Positions 1-12,498 of a DNA stretch of 64,000 nucleotides are shown in pieces (positions within the stretch are counted from its first letter, which is position 1; each line of letters starts with the position of its first letter). The notes below the pieces were generated by a model. It did no database searches and was not told the DNA's origin. It was given only the letters and a program-made list of their open reading frames with translations. Position numbers and translations under genes: made by a program. Location of the stretch: the NCBI GenBank assembly GCA_037447605.1, contig CM074809.1:486689-550688 (forward strand). Direction: 5' to 3'. Source of the DNA: Zygnema circumcarinatum SAG 698-1b. Lineage: Eukaryota; Plantae; Zygnematophyceae.

Positions 1-659
1 GTCGATAAAAAGTGGCGAGGATCGATCGGCGGAGGAGGAGAGGAGGGCTTCCTTCGTCCCTTCCAGGGCCGTACGCGCATAGCCAAGGAGCGAGCGATGG
101 GCGCACGCAAAGGAAAGCATCCAAACGGGTTTTTCAAAATTCAAAAAAATGACGTCACTTTGCTGCGCGCCGAAAGCGCCGACACGGTCCATCAGCCGCC
201 CGCCGGCGGGTTGCCGCCCGCCGCGACCTGGATGGCGTCAGTAAGGTCGCTCTCATCCACAGTCGCGCATCGGACGGCGCCCATTCGCGGGAGGCGCTTG
301 GGGGTGATCTAGAGGACATCTGCCCGTCCGTGACACGCGGAAAGGCGCAGGCCCATTGGTGAGCGTGACGGAAAACCACGTGGAAGCACGAAGGGTTGGG
401 AATCGCCGCGGGACAGCGGACGATGCAATCGCGTTGTACAAACAGATGACGGTGCCGTACAGGCGAGGATGTTAAAGAAATCGACGAACCACCAATGTCC
501 GTCAGTCAAAACTATTCGAATTTTTCGAATTTTTTTCTCAACTTTTCTGACGAGCGGGACGGTCCAAATGCCCTCCGTCGACGCTTCGCCTCCGCAGCCA
601 TGATCACGCCCGGGCCCCTCCCTCCACTCCGAGAGGCGCAGCACGTAGCTGCGTCCGCC

Positions 660-3600
660 ATGGCTGCCGGCATGGAGAGGAGGAGGAGCATTCTGCTCGT
701 CCCTGCCCTCCTCTTTCCCTTTCTGATTCTTCTTACAGTGTTCGCTAATGCAGCCGATGCCGCTACGTGTCCACAGACCCTCGTATCGTCAGAAGCGCAG
801 ACTCTCCTGGCAGCCATGGACGACCTCGAGGACCCGCAGGGCGTGCTGGAGGACTGGACAGCTGGCAACGCTTCAGAGGCCTGCTGCTGGACAGGTGTCA
901 CGTGCTTCTACGATTCTGGAGGAAAGTTTTTTAGGGTTCAGAGTTTGGTTCTCAGCGGGCTCGACCTCAACGGGACTTTGCCTTCTGCTTTCGGGAACTT
1001 GACGAACCTCTCTTCTATCGACTTATTCGAAAATACCTTTACAGGCGGAATACCTGAAAGCTGGGCCGCGCTTTCGTCTCTCCGTAAGCTCAATCTCGGA
1101 TACAATTACTTGAACGGATCGTTGGACGCACTGGCGAAACTGACGAGCTTGGAGACCCTTGATTTGCATATCAACTCGTTTCCACAAGCGATGGAGGCGC
1201 TGCCCGTGGGCAATCTGATTAGACTCACTTCTCTCGACTTATCTAGAAATACCTTTACGGGAGGAATACCTGAAAGCTGGGCCTCGCTTTCTTCTCTCCG
1301 TAAGCTCAATCTCGGAGACAATCAGTTGAACGGATCGCTGGACGCACTGGCGCATCTCACGAGCTTGGAGACCCTTGATCTGAGTTCAAACTTGTTTTCA
1401 CAAGAGATGGAGGCGGTTCCAGTGGGCAGTCTGACGAAACTCACTTTATTATGTCTTCAGTTAAACCAATTCACAGGGCAGTTTCCGACATGGCTTGGAA
1501 AGCTCTCCGCATTGACCGAATTACACCTTGATAACAATCCTAACCTCTCTCCGTCGCTTCTTCCGACCGACTATGCCAGCTGGCCTCCTCAACTCGCTAT
1601 TGCCTCTTTCAGTTCCATGAATCTCTATGGACCCCTTCCGGCCGCGCTCGCACAACTGCCTCTCCAAGTCCTCGACCTCAGCGATAACTCTTTTAATGGC
1701 AGCATTCCCGCGGAGTTCGGCAATTTTTCGAGCACGTCGGGGACTGTTCTGTCTCTGCATAACAACAACTTGGCAGGAGAGCTTCCGTCCGCCCTTGCAG
1801 CGGGCAATTTTCCGGTCTTTGATTTGCATTCGAACAACTTATCAGGGACGCTTTCGGATTTTTTTACGGCGCTTTGTGGGAGATCAGGCGGGGAACTGCT
1901 TTTCAGTTTGGACCTCGGCAACAACAGTTTCAGCGGAGAGATTCCGCCCGTCCTTCAAAACTGCAACAAGCTGCTTTATGTCCACCTTAATGACAACTAT
2001 TTGACTGGGGCGATTCCTGCGGAGCTCGCTAACTTAAAGAATCTAACAGATCTTCAATTACACAACAATTCCCTATCGGGAGAAATTCCGAGAGAGTTTT
2101 CGAAGCTGACCTCGCTTGAAAGTCTTACTTTTAGTTATAATAACATTTCTGGGTCTCTGCCGCAGCTGAACTGCTCAAAAAAAGATGGGTTTTTATTAGA
2201 GGGTGATAGCAACCGCCTTTCAGGGCCACTTCCTTCATTCTCAGACTGCCCTCTTATCGTCTTCCTTAGCCTCCAAAACAATTCCCTCACTGGAAACCTT
2301 TCCGTGCTAGCAAACATGTCCTTTCTCTCTAGCCTCAGTCTCTCTCAAAATCTCTTCAGCGGGAGCCTTCCGGCAGTCGAAGATTGGACTTCACTGACAA
2401 CACTTGATCTATCTTTGAATAATTTCACTGCCAGAATCCCAGCGAGTTTAGGCCTCAATAGCCCCAATATGATGAGTATGAACTTGAGCAGGAATGCATT
2501 GACCGGCGACATTCCTTCAACTCTCTTTCTGTCTCCCAGTCTTCTATCTATCGACCTCAGCTACAATAATCTCACTTCACCCCTTGACCCGAGTTTTCTA
2601 AACAGCACCTCGCTGACCACGTTCTACCTCCAAGGCAATCAGATTTCTGGGCCATTACCAGACGGTGGGCTCCTGGTTGCCAATAACTTATTGGATTTGG
2701 ACCTCAGTGACAATCTCCTGTCTGGCCACCTCCCTTCAGATTTTAGTGTAGTGAACAGTATCAATTCCCTAAAGCTCGGAAACAACGCCTTCTATGGGGC
2801 CATTCCGCCAAGTCTCGCGGAACTGACCACGCTTGTGACGCTTAATCTGTCAAAGAATGAGTTCAACAACTCCATGCCGAATCTCCTCTCACAGAATCTG
2901 AAAGTGGTGGATCTCAGCGACAACTCCTTCTCGGGTGAATTGCCATCTTTCAGCGGCTCCGCCTCCCTCCTGTATATGGACCTTTCCTCTAACAACATCT
3001 CGGGCTCCATCCCGACCAACTACTCCCTCTTCAGCAGCCTCCAACACCTCGACCTCTCCGACAACGACCTCAGCGGCAGCCTTCCAGAGGGGCTGGGCGA
3101 CCTCTCCTCCCTCACCTTCATCGACCTTTCGAACAACCTTCTTTCCGGCCCCCTCCCTGCCAACCTCTCCCGCTTTAACGCCTCCTCTTTCAGCGGCAAT
3201 GCGGGGCTCTGCGGCGCCCTGTTGGCCTCGCCCTGCGCGGCCACTCCTCCCCCGCCGAGCCCCTCCGCCGCGGGGGATGATGGGCTCTCCGGAGGCGCAA
3301 TTGGGGGGATCGCAGTGGGGGCAGCGGCGGGCCTGCTTTTGCTTGCGGTGGGGGTCTGTCTCTTTGTTTGGAGGAATAAGAGGAGGTCGTCTGAAGATGA
3401 GGAGTTGAAATTGGTGAAGGTATGGACATTCAAGGTTTCGCCGCGAGGAAAATTCCGTGCTTTCGAAAAGTTGGACTTCACCATCGACGACATCGTTCGA
3501 TCGACGAATAATTTCAGCGTGGAATTTCGTCTGGGGTCTGGTGGGTTTGGGTCTGTTTACAAGTACGTCTATCTGATCTCGAGCTCTCTCACTGTGTCCC

Positions 3601-4615
3601 CTCTCTGTTTTGCTCCAAAGCATGATTTACAAAACCTATTCTCGTGACTTTATGGTCTGTCGGTCGGACATGGTCTGTTTGGGGCGTTCAATGTAGTTAA
3701 GAATTTTTGCATCTAAAAGGGAGAGAATTGCATGCAAACTGAAAGCAGCAGTGCTGACATCAGCCCCAGTGGCTGTGATGCAGAGCGGCAGTATCAGTCG
3801 ACGAGGTATATGCTGTGAAGCGGCTCGCTCAGGGAAGCGTTCAGGGAGTCTCTGAATTTAGGGCAGAGGTGGAAACACTGGGTAGAATTCGGCATAGCAA
3901 TTTAATTAAATTGATCGCCAGCTATAGTGACCCAAGTGCGAACGAGTTCCTCCTCATATACGAATTCCTTTCGGGCGGAAATCTCGATCATGTTCTCGAG
4001 AATGGAGCTGATTGGGAGACTCGCCTCAATGTAGCCATAGGAGTCGCGAGAGGGCTCAAGTACCTCCATCACGACTGCATCCCTTACATCATCCACCGCG
4101 ACATGAAGCCCGGGAACATCCTCATGGACGAGGACATGGAAGCGTATGTCGCGGACTTCGGGTTGGCAAGAGCAATAGATCCAAAACTGACCCATGTTTC
4201 GACAAGGCTGTTGGGGACAATTGGGTATTTGGCTCCGGAGTATGCGAGCAAGGGCCAAGCTTCTACAAAGAGTGATGTGTACGCGTATGGAGTGGTTATC
4301 CTGCAGCTTGTGAGTGGGAAGTTCCCTGCGCTTCCGGAGCTGCGAGAGGGCATATCGGTTTGGGCTAAGGTTACTCCGTTTGCACAGGTTGTCGACTCGA
4401 CCTTGGATTGCGAAGGAGAGCATCGAAAGCAGATGCTGGCAATGCTAAAGCTGGGGATCGCGTGCACTTCTCGGAGGCCGCAGAACCGCCCATCCATGGA
4501 CGAAGTGCTCCACGCTTTGGAGCATTTGGACGAGTTTGCTGTGGGAATAAAGGAAATGAGCAACATTCAATGGGCTAAGGTAACGGATCCTGTTGTAACG
4601 GAGGTAGTAGAATGA
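660..4615 (+). CDS. LRR receptor-like kinase 1 (LRR-X/PSKR/EMS1-like, RD kinase), 2 exons, about 1244 aa
   Basis: gccATGG at 660. Signal peptide, CCWTGVTC N-cap, many plant LRRs, GNAGLCG C-cap and TM helix ending RNKRR. Exons 660-3562 and 3784-4615; intron 3563-3783 (GTACGT..GCAG) restores GSGGFGSVYKAAVSVDEVYAVK. HRDMKPGN, DFG and GYLAPEY motifs. Confidence 0.93.
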
Positions 4616-5364
4616 CGGCGGAGGTGGTTCTTGGTCGCCGACGTCCGATTTCTCCATTCATAGTTGTAGGTCCCACTTACTTTGCAGATTACGTTTACAT
4701 ATAGATAGAGCCTCCCCTGTGTGCGCTATTAGTTTCTCGTTTGGTTTCAACTTGCATTCAAATCAGCGCGCAATTTCACGCTCGCAACTGTAGCGTTGAA
4801 TCGAGCCCGACGTAGTCCATTCAGAATAAATTCAGGCAGTCGAATGTAGCCACTGGAGAAGCTGTTTAGGAACAGCTCCGTAAGCTGTTTGGTGGGGAGC
4901 AGTTTACAGCTTTGTTCCTCGGATTTTCCTCAAAAGTTTGAAACAAGTTTCCTCAAAACTCAAATGAGTTTGCGGTGGTAGAGCGTCAGTTGGGTCCCTA
5001 TCTCGACCGGCTTATGAAGCTGTGAGTGAACAGTGGGGAATAGTGCAGGACTTTTGTCAGGTAGAGCTTTAGAAACCACGAGTGGCTGGGGAGGGGGGCG
5101 GGGGCATGGACTAATTGCTCAGGAGGGCACATCGTTTGGTAGAAACAAAAAAATAAAAGTTATGCCTTGTAAAGTTTCTTGTTTCTCATCGTCTTTTTTT
5201 TGCCTTCGAATCTCTTATGGTGTGCCTACTTTCTGCGTTGCTCATTCTGACAAATGATGATGGCTTTAATGCACACATGGTTGTATGCATGCATGGTGCA
5301 TGCAATGACTTCCTGTTGTGCAGACAGCACATCAAGGTTTGTGGTACTAGGTCCATGCAGGGGA

Positions 5365-6320
5365 TGTTACATAGTGCGACAAGGGGTTATCATAGTGCGA
5401 CGCTTTGGGAGCGTGCGACGACGCCAGGCGACTTCGCAGCAAGCAGTCGCATGGGGTTTCGGGTCGTACGAAATGTACGGACAGAAAGTGTACGGGTGGT
5501 TGTTTACAGCCGTTGAGAACGCCGCGTGGGCCGCATGCGTGGCTCATGCAGAACGCGCGGGATGTGACACGTGGCGGCAGGAGCAGGAGCATGAGCTGCA
5601 GGGAGGGAGAGCCATGGCGGGCGGCAGCCATGGCTGGGCGGCTGCCGGACATGGACACCTTCAAGGAGAGAACGTGGAGCTGTGGAGCAGGCGCTGAGCA
5701 GGAGCAACTGAGCTAAGGAAAAATAGGATTAGGGTTTTGAGGACCTTACCCTCTTCCGTTCCCTGTGTGTTGGGGCTGAGTGAAGGCTGAGTGGTCCAGG
5801 TTTTGCATGGTAGCCTGTAGTATTTATATTGGGGGATAGAGGGCTTGTAGAGGCTAGTAGTGAAGGGCTGTGGGCTTAACTATTGTGCTGTACCTTCATG
5901 ATTGTCCTTTATGGAGTTTTATGGCCCTTGAGGTTTTCTCCATATATTTCGCATTTTGTACGTGTATGTTTTCTTTGAGCTAGCATGTCTAGCACCGCGA
6001 ACAAGAGGAGAAAGATCGAAGCGCGCTCGATCGTAAGAAGAAGTTGTGCATAGAGCAAAGTTGCATCCCAGAAAAAAGTAGAGATGTGAGTCGTCTTCAA
6101 AAACCAACAAAAAGGAGTAGGCTCATAATAAGAACCCATATCCCATCTCAAGTATGAGGTCAAAGGACTCTTTGGGCAATGCCAGTCAAAGAACGAACAG
6201 TACAGCCGCCGCCTTCAGCTTCAACCAAACCTACCTAAATGGCCATGGCTTCATTAACTGATCAAAATTCCTCTGAAAAAAACGAAACTAAATCAAAAGA
6301 AAAGGAGCTTTTCCGACTTC
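5365..6320 (-). mobile_element. Possible degenerate solo-LTR-like repeat between the two RLKs
   Basis: On the minus strand, motif order (GAAAAGCTCC, TATAAAT at 5821-5828, GTAC cluster near 5465-5495, TAACA end at 5365) resembles the segments at 15.2-17.1 kb and 36.2-36.9 kb. No TSD found; the 6320 boundary is approximate. Confidence 0.25.
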
Positions 6321-6695
6321 ATAGCACCGCTTTTCTATAACGATTTGTCATCGAAAATATCTTAAGCTCACCTATATTCAAGTATATGGAGCCATTTCCT
6401 GTGTACTCACTGTTCTGTAATAATTCACAGTACTATCAAAGCTATTTTTGCCTACTAAACTCACATAGACAGTTGAGAGCAAAAATTTTGCCCGCAAATC
6501 ACATTAATCAGTCTCTACCAGCACACCATATACAGTACAGCCTCCGCCCTGCAACATAAACCTATTCTGCAGGAAGTGGGACCTTCACCCTTCCGCCGAC
6601 TATTCACCTTTCCAAAGATGAGACTGCGGCGACAAGGAACCCCCCCCATCTCCCTCCCTCCCTCCCTCCCTACCATCCCCTCCTTCCGCAATAAC

Positions 6696-9600
6696 TCAGT
6701 CCTTTATCCCTGCAGCAAACGCGCTCAAGTGCTCCAAGGCATGGAGCACTTCCTCCATAGTCGGCCGATCCATCGGCTTCCGAGCAGTGCAGGCAATACC
6801 CAATTTCAGCATTGCCAGAATCTCCTTTCTGCTCTCTTCTTCCTCAGCCAAGGTCGAGTCGATCACCTCCTCCTTTGGTGTTGACTTAGCCCAAAACGAC
6901 ATGCCGTCTCTCATCTGAGGATGAGTAGGAGACTTGCCACTCACAAGCTGCAGGAGAATGACTCCGAATGCGAACACATCACTCTTTGGAGAAGCTCGGC
7001 CCTTGGTCGCATACTCCGGAGCCAAATACCCGATCGTCCCCAACAGCTTTGTGGAAATATGGGTCTTTTTGAGGTCAACTACCTTCGCCAACCCGAAATC
7101 CGCAACATGCGCTTCCATGTCCTCGTCCATGAGGATGTTTCCGGGCTTCATGTCGCGGTGGATAATGTAAGGGATGCAGTCGTGATGGAGGTATTTGAGC
7201 CCTCTCGCGGCTCCTATGGCGACATTGAGGCGAGTCGACCAGTCCACTCCCTTCTTGAGCAGCGAGTCGAGGTTTCCGCCCGGGAGGAAGTTGTAGATGA
7301 GGAGGCATTCATTTGCAGACGGGTCGTTATAGCTCGCGACTAACGTCACCAAATGGTTGTGTCGAACTTTTCCCAATGTTTCCATCTCCGCTCGGAACTC
7401 AGCATCTCCCTGCGTGCTGCCCTGAGCGAGCCGCTTCACAGCATACACCTCATCGTCTGATACTGCCGCTCTGCATCACAGCAAATAGGGCTGATATCAG
7501 CACAGTTTCTCTGATTCGCATGCATTCCTCTTCTTTTGAATACAGAGAATGTAACTTCAAGAAAGATCAAAGACAATGCCAACCCAACTATGCAGTGTTA
7601 AAACTGCAAACATGTCAATATTGAAGGTGCTTACTTATAAACAGACCCAAACCCGCCTGTCCCCAAAAGATGTTTCGAACTGAAATTCCCCGTCGCTTGA
7701 ACAATGTCGTCAATGCTGAGCCTTGCATTCTCGAAAATGCGGAAAACCCCTTGAGGCGAAACGCTGAATGCCCCGTCCACTCGCACCTCTACCTGCTCCT
7801 CATCTTCAGACGACCTCCTCTTATTCCTCCAAACAAAGAGACAGACCCCCACCGCAAGCAAAAGCAGGCCCGCCGCTGCCCCCACTGCGATCCCCCCAAT
7901 TGCGCCTCCGGAGAGCCCATCATCCCCCGCGGCGGAGGGGCTCGGCGGGGGAGGAGTGGCCGCGCAGGGCGAGGCCAACAGGGCGCCGCAGAGCCCCGCA
8001 TTGCCGCTGAAAGAGGAGGCGTTGAAGCGGGAGAGGTTGGCAGGGAGGGGGCCGGAAAGAAGGTTGTTCGAAAGGTCGATGAAGGTGAGGGAGGAGAGGT
8101 CGCCCAGCCCCTCTGGAAGGCTGCCGCTGAGGTCGTTGTCGGAGAGGTCGAGGTGTTGGAGGCTGCTGAAGAGGGAGTAGTTGCTCGGGATGGAGCCCGA
8201 GATGTTGTTAGAGGAAAGGTCCATATACTGGAGGGAGGAGGAGCCGCTGAAAGATGGCAATTCACCCGAGAAGGAGTTCTCGCTGAGGTCCAACACTTTC
8301 AGATTCTGTGAGAGGAGATTCGGAATGGAGTCGTTGAAGGCATTCTTTGACAGGTTAAGCGTCACAAGCGTGGTCAGTTCCGCGAGACTTGGCGGAATGG
8401 CCCCATAGAAGGCGTTATTTCCGAGCTTTAGGGAATTGATACTGTTCACTACACTAAAGTTTGAAGGGAGGGGGCCAGACAGGAGATTGTCACTGAGGTC
8501 CAAATCCAATAAGCTATTGGCAACCATGAGCCCCCTGTCTGGTAATGGCCCAGAAATCTGATTGCCTTGGAGGTAGAACGTGGTCAGCGAGGTGCTGTTT
8601 AGAAAGCTCGCGTCAAGGGGAGAAGTGAAATTATTGTAGCTGAGGTCGATAGCTAGAAGAGTGGGAGACAAAAAGAGAGTTGAAGGAATGTCGCCGGTCA
8701 ATGCATTACTGCTCAAGTTTATACTGATCAAACTGGGGCTATTGAGGCCTAAACTCACTGGGATTCTAGCAGTGAAATTATTCAAAGATAGATCAAGTGT
8801 TGTCAGTGCAGTCCAATCCTTGACTGCCGGAAGGCTCCCGCTGAAGTGATTTTGAGAGAGACTGAGGTTAGTGAGAAGGGACATGTTTGCTAGAACGAAA
8901 AGGTCTCCAGTCAGGGAATTGTCGTGGAGGCTAAGGACGGTAAGAGGGCAGTCTGAGAATGAAGGAAGTGGCCCTGAAAGGCGGTTGCTATCACCCTGTA
9001 CTGATAACCCTCCTCCTTCTGAGCAGTTCAGCTGCGGCAGAGACCCAGAAATGTTATTATTACTGAATGTCAAAGAAGTGAGGGAGGTCAGTTGCGAAAA
9101 CTCCTTGGGAATTTCTCCTGACAGAAGATTATTTTCCAAAGCCAGAGTACCCAACAAAGTTAAGGTGCCAAGTTCAGGAGGAATCGCTCCGGTTAGAAGG
9201 TTTTCGTTAAGATTGAGAGTCCCAAGATTCAAGCAGTTCTGGACCTCGGATGGGATCTCGCCAACGAACTGGTTACTATGAAGATCCAAAGTGTCCAGAA
9301 CTTCTGCGCTTGGGCCCCCACAAAGTTTCTTCAAAAAGCTGGAAATATTTCCCACAAAGGCATTTTCATATAAATTTAAGGTAAAAAAGGAGCCCTCTGC
9401 AAGGGCCAGGGGTACCTCTCCTGTAAGATTATTGTCATTAAGGCGAAGTATCGTCCCGTCAACAAAGGTAAAATTGCCAAACACCGTCGGAATGCTGCCA
9501 TTAAAAGTGTTAACGCTGAGGTCGAGGTCTTGAAGAGGCAGTTGTGCGAGCGCGGCCGGAAGGGGTCCATAGAGATTCATGGATCTGAAAGAAGCAATAG

Positions 9601-10312
9601 CGAGTTGAGGAGGCCAGCTGGCGTAGTCGGTCGGAAGAAGCGACGGAGAGAGGTAAGGGTTGTATTCAAGGTGCAATTCTGTCAATAAGGAGAGGTTTCC
9701 AAGCCATGTCGGAAACCCTCCTGTGAATTTGTTTGACTCAAGATGTAATAAAGTGAGCTTCGTCAGACTGCCTACTGGAACCGCCTCCATCTCTTGTGAA
9801 AATAAATTTGAACTCAGATCAAGGGTCTCCAAGCTCGTGAGTTGCGCCAGTCCGGTCAACGATCCGTTCAACTTATTGCTTCCAAGCCTGAGGTCGCGGA
9901 GAGAAGAAAGCGCGGCCCAGCTTTCAGGTATTCCTCCTGTGAAGTTGTTAAAAGATAAGCCGATAGAAGAGAGCTTCGTCAAGTTCCCGAAAGCAGAAGG
10001 CAAAGTCCCGTTGAGGTCGAGCCCGCTGAGAACCAGACTCTGAACCCTAAAAATCTTCTTTCCAAAAACTTTTAAGCACGTGACACCTGTCCAGCAGCAG
10101 GCCTCTGAGACGTTGCCAGCTGTCCAGTCCTCCAGCACGCCCTGCGGGTCCTCGAGGTCGTCCATGGCTGCCAGGAGAGTCTGCGCTTCTGACGATACGA
10201 GGGTCTTTGGACAAGTAGCAGCCTCCCCGGACATCCCTGTCATGGTGAGGACCGTGAGGACAAGCAGAGCCGGCAAGAGGGGGAGAGAGAGGAGAGGCAT
10301 TGTGGCGACCAT
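6696..10312 (-). CDS. LRR receptor-like kinase 2 (paralog of RLK1, inverted, tail-to-tail), 2 exons, about 1150 aa
   Basis: gccATGG at 10312 (MVATMPLL signal peptide). Exons 10312-7635 and 7470-6696; intron 7634-7471 (GTAAGC..GCAG) at the same codon position as in RLK1. Complete RD kinase. Confidence 0.93.
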
Positions 10313-11056
10313 GGCTTTTCCCTCCCTTCCTTTCTCCCTCCCTTCCTTTCTCCCTCCCTTTCGTCCCTCCCTCCCTCCCTCCCTCCTTTCCTCGTCCGAC
10401 CTATCACGAGCCGCCATGTGTCAAACATGGTCCGTCCGTACGATCCACATCCGGTGTACACGCGACACGACCCGGGCGAAAGATTTGTCGGTTTCTGCTC
10501 AGTTTGAGGTACCATATCGCCATATCGCTGGCGTATCGGCAGCGACGGCCGGCACTGCCGCCGACTTCCCCGCGCATGTTCACGCGGTAGTTAGAAAAAA
10601 CGGCCGCAAAACGTCAACGCTGCCGCCCGGCCGTCCGTCTCGAACTGTTTCCGTTTCAAACTCGGTAAGCGATACGTTACGATATTCTATCGCTTCTGAT
10701 ATACTTTCGTCAATTCGAAACGACACGCTACAATACGATACGCTACTATTACATACGACGATACGATATGGTATCGTATCAAGAATACATATTCCGATAA
10801 GCAATCGTGCGATATATGAACGATACGCTATTGTAGTCGATGCACATTCCTGCAGGGCACTCTAGAAACTCCCTCTCCCTCCCTCGCTCTCCCACGGGCT
10901 CCCGCACTGCCCTCTGGGGAGAGCGCTCTCTCCCACGCAAGCCACTACGGATATTTCGACTTCCAAAACCACTGAATGTTCCTCAAGCTCTAAATCCCAC
11001 AGTAGCGTGAAGAATTTCCACAAGCCTGCGGCCCCACAACCCTTTTTTTTGCTGCA

Positions 11057-11090
11057 AAACCCTAGAGGGCCACACAACCCTAAGGGCCCA
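11057..11090 (+). promoter_or_regulatory. Telo-box-like plus site II motifs upstream of PHF5A
   Basis: AAACCCTAG 11057-11065, AACCCTAA 11076-11083 and GGCCCA 11085-11090, a combination typical of plant growth/translation gene promoters. Confidence 0.5.
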
Positions 11091-11110
11091 GGAAGGCGCA
11101 GGGGGCCGCC

Positions 11111-12498
11111 ATGGCGAAGCATCACCCAGACTTGATCATGTGCCGCAAGCAGGCGGGCATCGCTATCGGGCGCCTGTGCGAGAAGTGCGATGGGAAATGT
11201 GTCATCTGCGACTCCTACGTGCGGCCCTGCACGCTCGTGCGCATCTGCGACGAGTGCAACTACGGCTCCTACCAGGTATGCTCTGTCCCTCTCCCTCTCC
11301 CTCTCCCTCTCCCTCTCCCTCTCCCTCTCCCACTCCCTCTCCCTCTCCCTCTCCCATTATAAAATGATTATAATGCTTTTATAACTCAACTTTCCTCTCC
11401 CTCTCCCTCTCCCTCTCCCTCTCCCTCTCCCACTCCCTCTCCCTCTCCCTCTCCCTCTCCCTCTCCCTCTCCCTCTCCCTCTCCCTCTCCCTCTCCCTCT
11501 CTCTCCCTCTCCCTCTCCCTCTCCCTCTCCCTCTCCCTCTCTCCCTCTCCCTCTCCCTCTCCCTCTCCCTCTCCCTCTCCCTCTCCCTCTCCTCTCCCTC
11601 TCCCTCTCCCTCTCCCTCTCCCTCTCCCTCTCCCTCTCCCTCTCCCTCTGCCGCTGCCTCCCCCCCTCACCCTTCTTTTCCCTCGCCTTCGCTCTCTTCC
11701 TCTGCCTTTCCCGCTGCCTCTCCCCCTCCCCTTTCCTTTCCCTCTCCATCGCCCTCTCCCTCTCGCTCTTTGTTTGAATTGCCTACAATATTCGGCATTA
11801 GAGTTCAAGCGAAGCTTTACCCAAGACACGTTTACTCTTTCTCCATCTCCTCCGCTTCCATTGGTCAAGTTGCTGTCTACGCTCACCGGTTGTTGTTACC
11901 GAAGAGCCCTAACTCCTACCCTATTTTCCACCCCTGCTGTCTGACCACGGATCAAAGCCGGTTGCAAGCTTGTTAGGTTTAAGCTGAACAAGATACTTGC
12001 CATGTTGGAGCTTCATTTCCTTTGCTGTTACGTCCTCGTTTCGAGAATTTTTAGAGAAAAATATTCCTCTTACCCCTTCCGTTGGTCAAGTGGTGTTATG
12101 CTGATATGCCCTAAAAATGTTGTGCCCGGAGAAGCTAAACTTATATCTGCAACTCTAATCCAACAACGATTGTATTCGTTCACATGGTGACAGATATAGT
12201 GTTTGGATGTCCTTCCCGAACAAATATTTAAGAGTATCTCAGATTCTTTCTTGACCTTATTTTACCCTCGTTTGCTTTGAACGCAAGAACTGCCTTCTTA
12301 TTTATGCCTATGCGTATCCCGTGCCTGCAGGGAAGGTGTGTTATCTGTGGAGGACCGGGAATTTCTGATGCTTACTACTGCAAAGAGTGTACACAGCAGG
12401 AGAAGGACCGTGACGGATGTCCCAAAATTGTCAACTTGGGGAGCGCGAAGACGGACTTGTTTTATGAAAGGAAAAAATATGGGTTCAAACAAAGGTAA
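11111..12498 (+). CDS. PHF5A: PHD finger-like domain protein 5A (SF3b splicing factor), 2 exons, 110 aa
   Basis: Exons 11111-11275 ([20 protein letters not shown]) and 12331-12498 ([20 protein letters not shown]) with a phase-0 GT-AG intron. Nearly identical to canonical PHF5A; Tyr36 retained. Confidence 0.98.
11285..11648 (+). repeat. (CTCTCC)n hexamer microsatellite in the PHF5A intron
   Basis: Direct tandem CTCTCC runs at 11285-11352 and 11392-11648. Confidence 0.95.

Noticed and set aside
495-659. N-terminal extension of the RLK1 ORF (and 10313-10417 for RLK2)
   Set aside because: It would bury the signal peptide; the downstream ATGs have gccATGG context.
11357-11886. RG/ER/LS-repeat ORFs here and at 40290-41020, 57730-59050, 59840-60820 and 62680-63650
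   Set aside because: These are translations of intronic or UTR purine/pyrimidine microsatellites.
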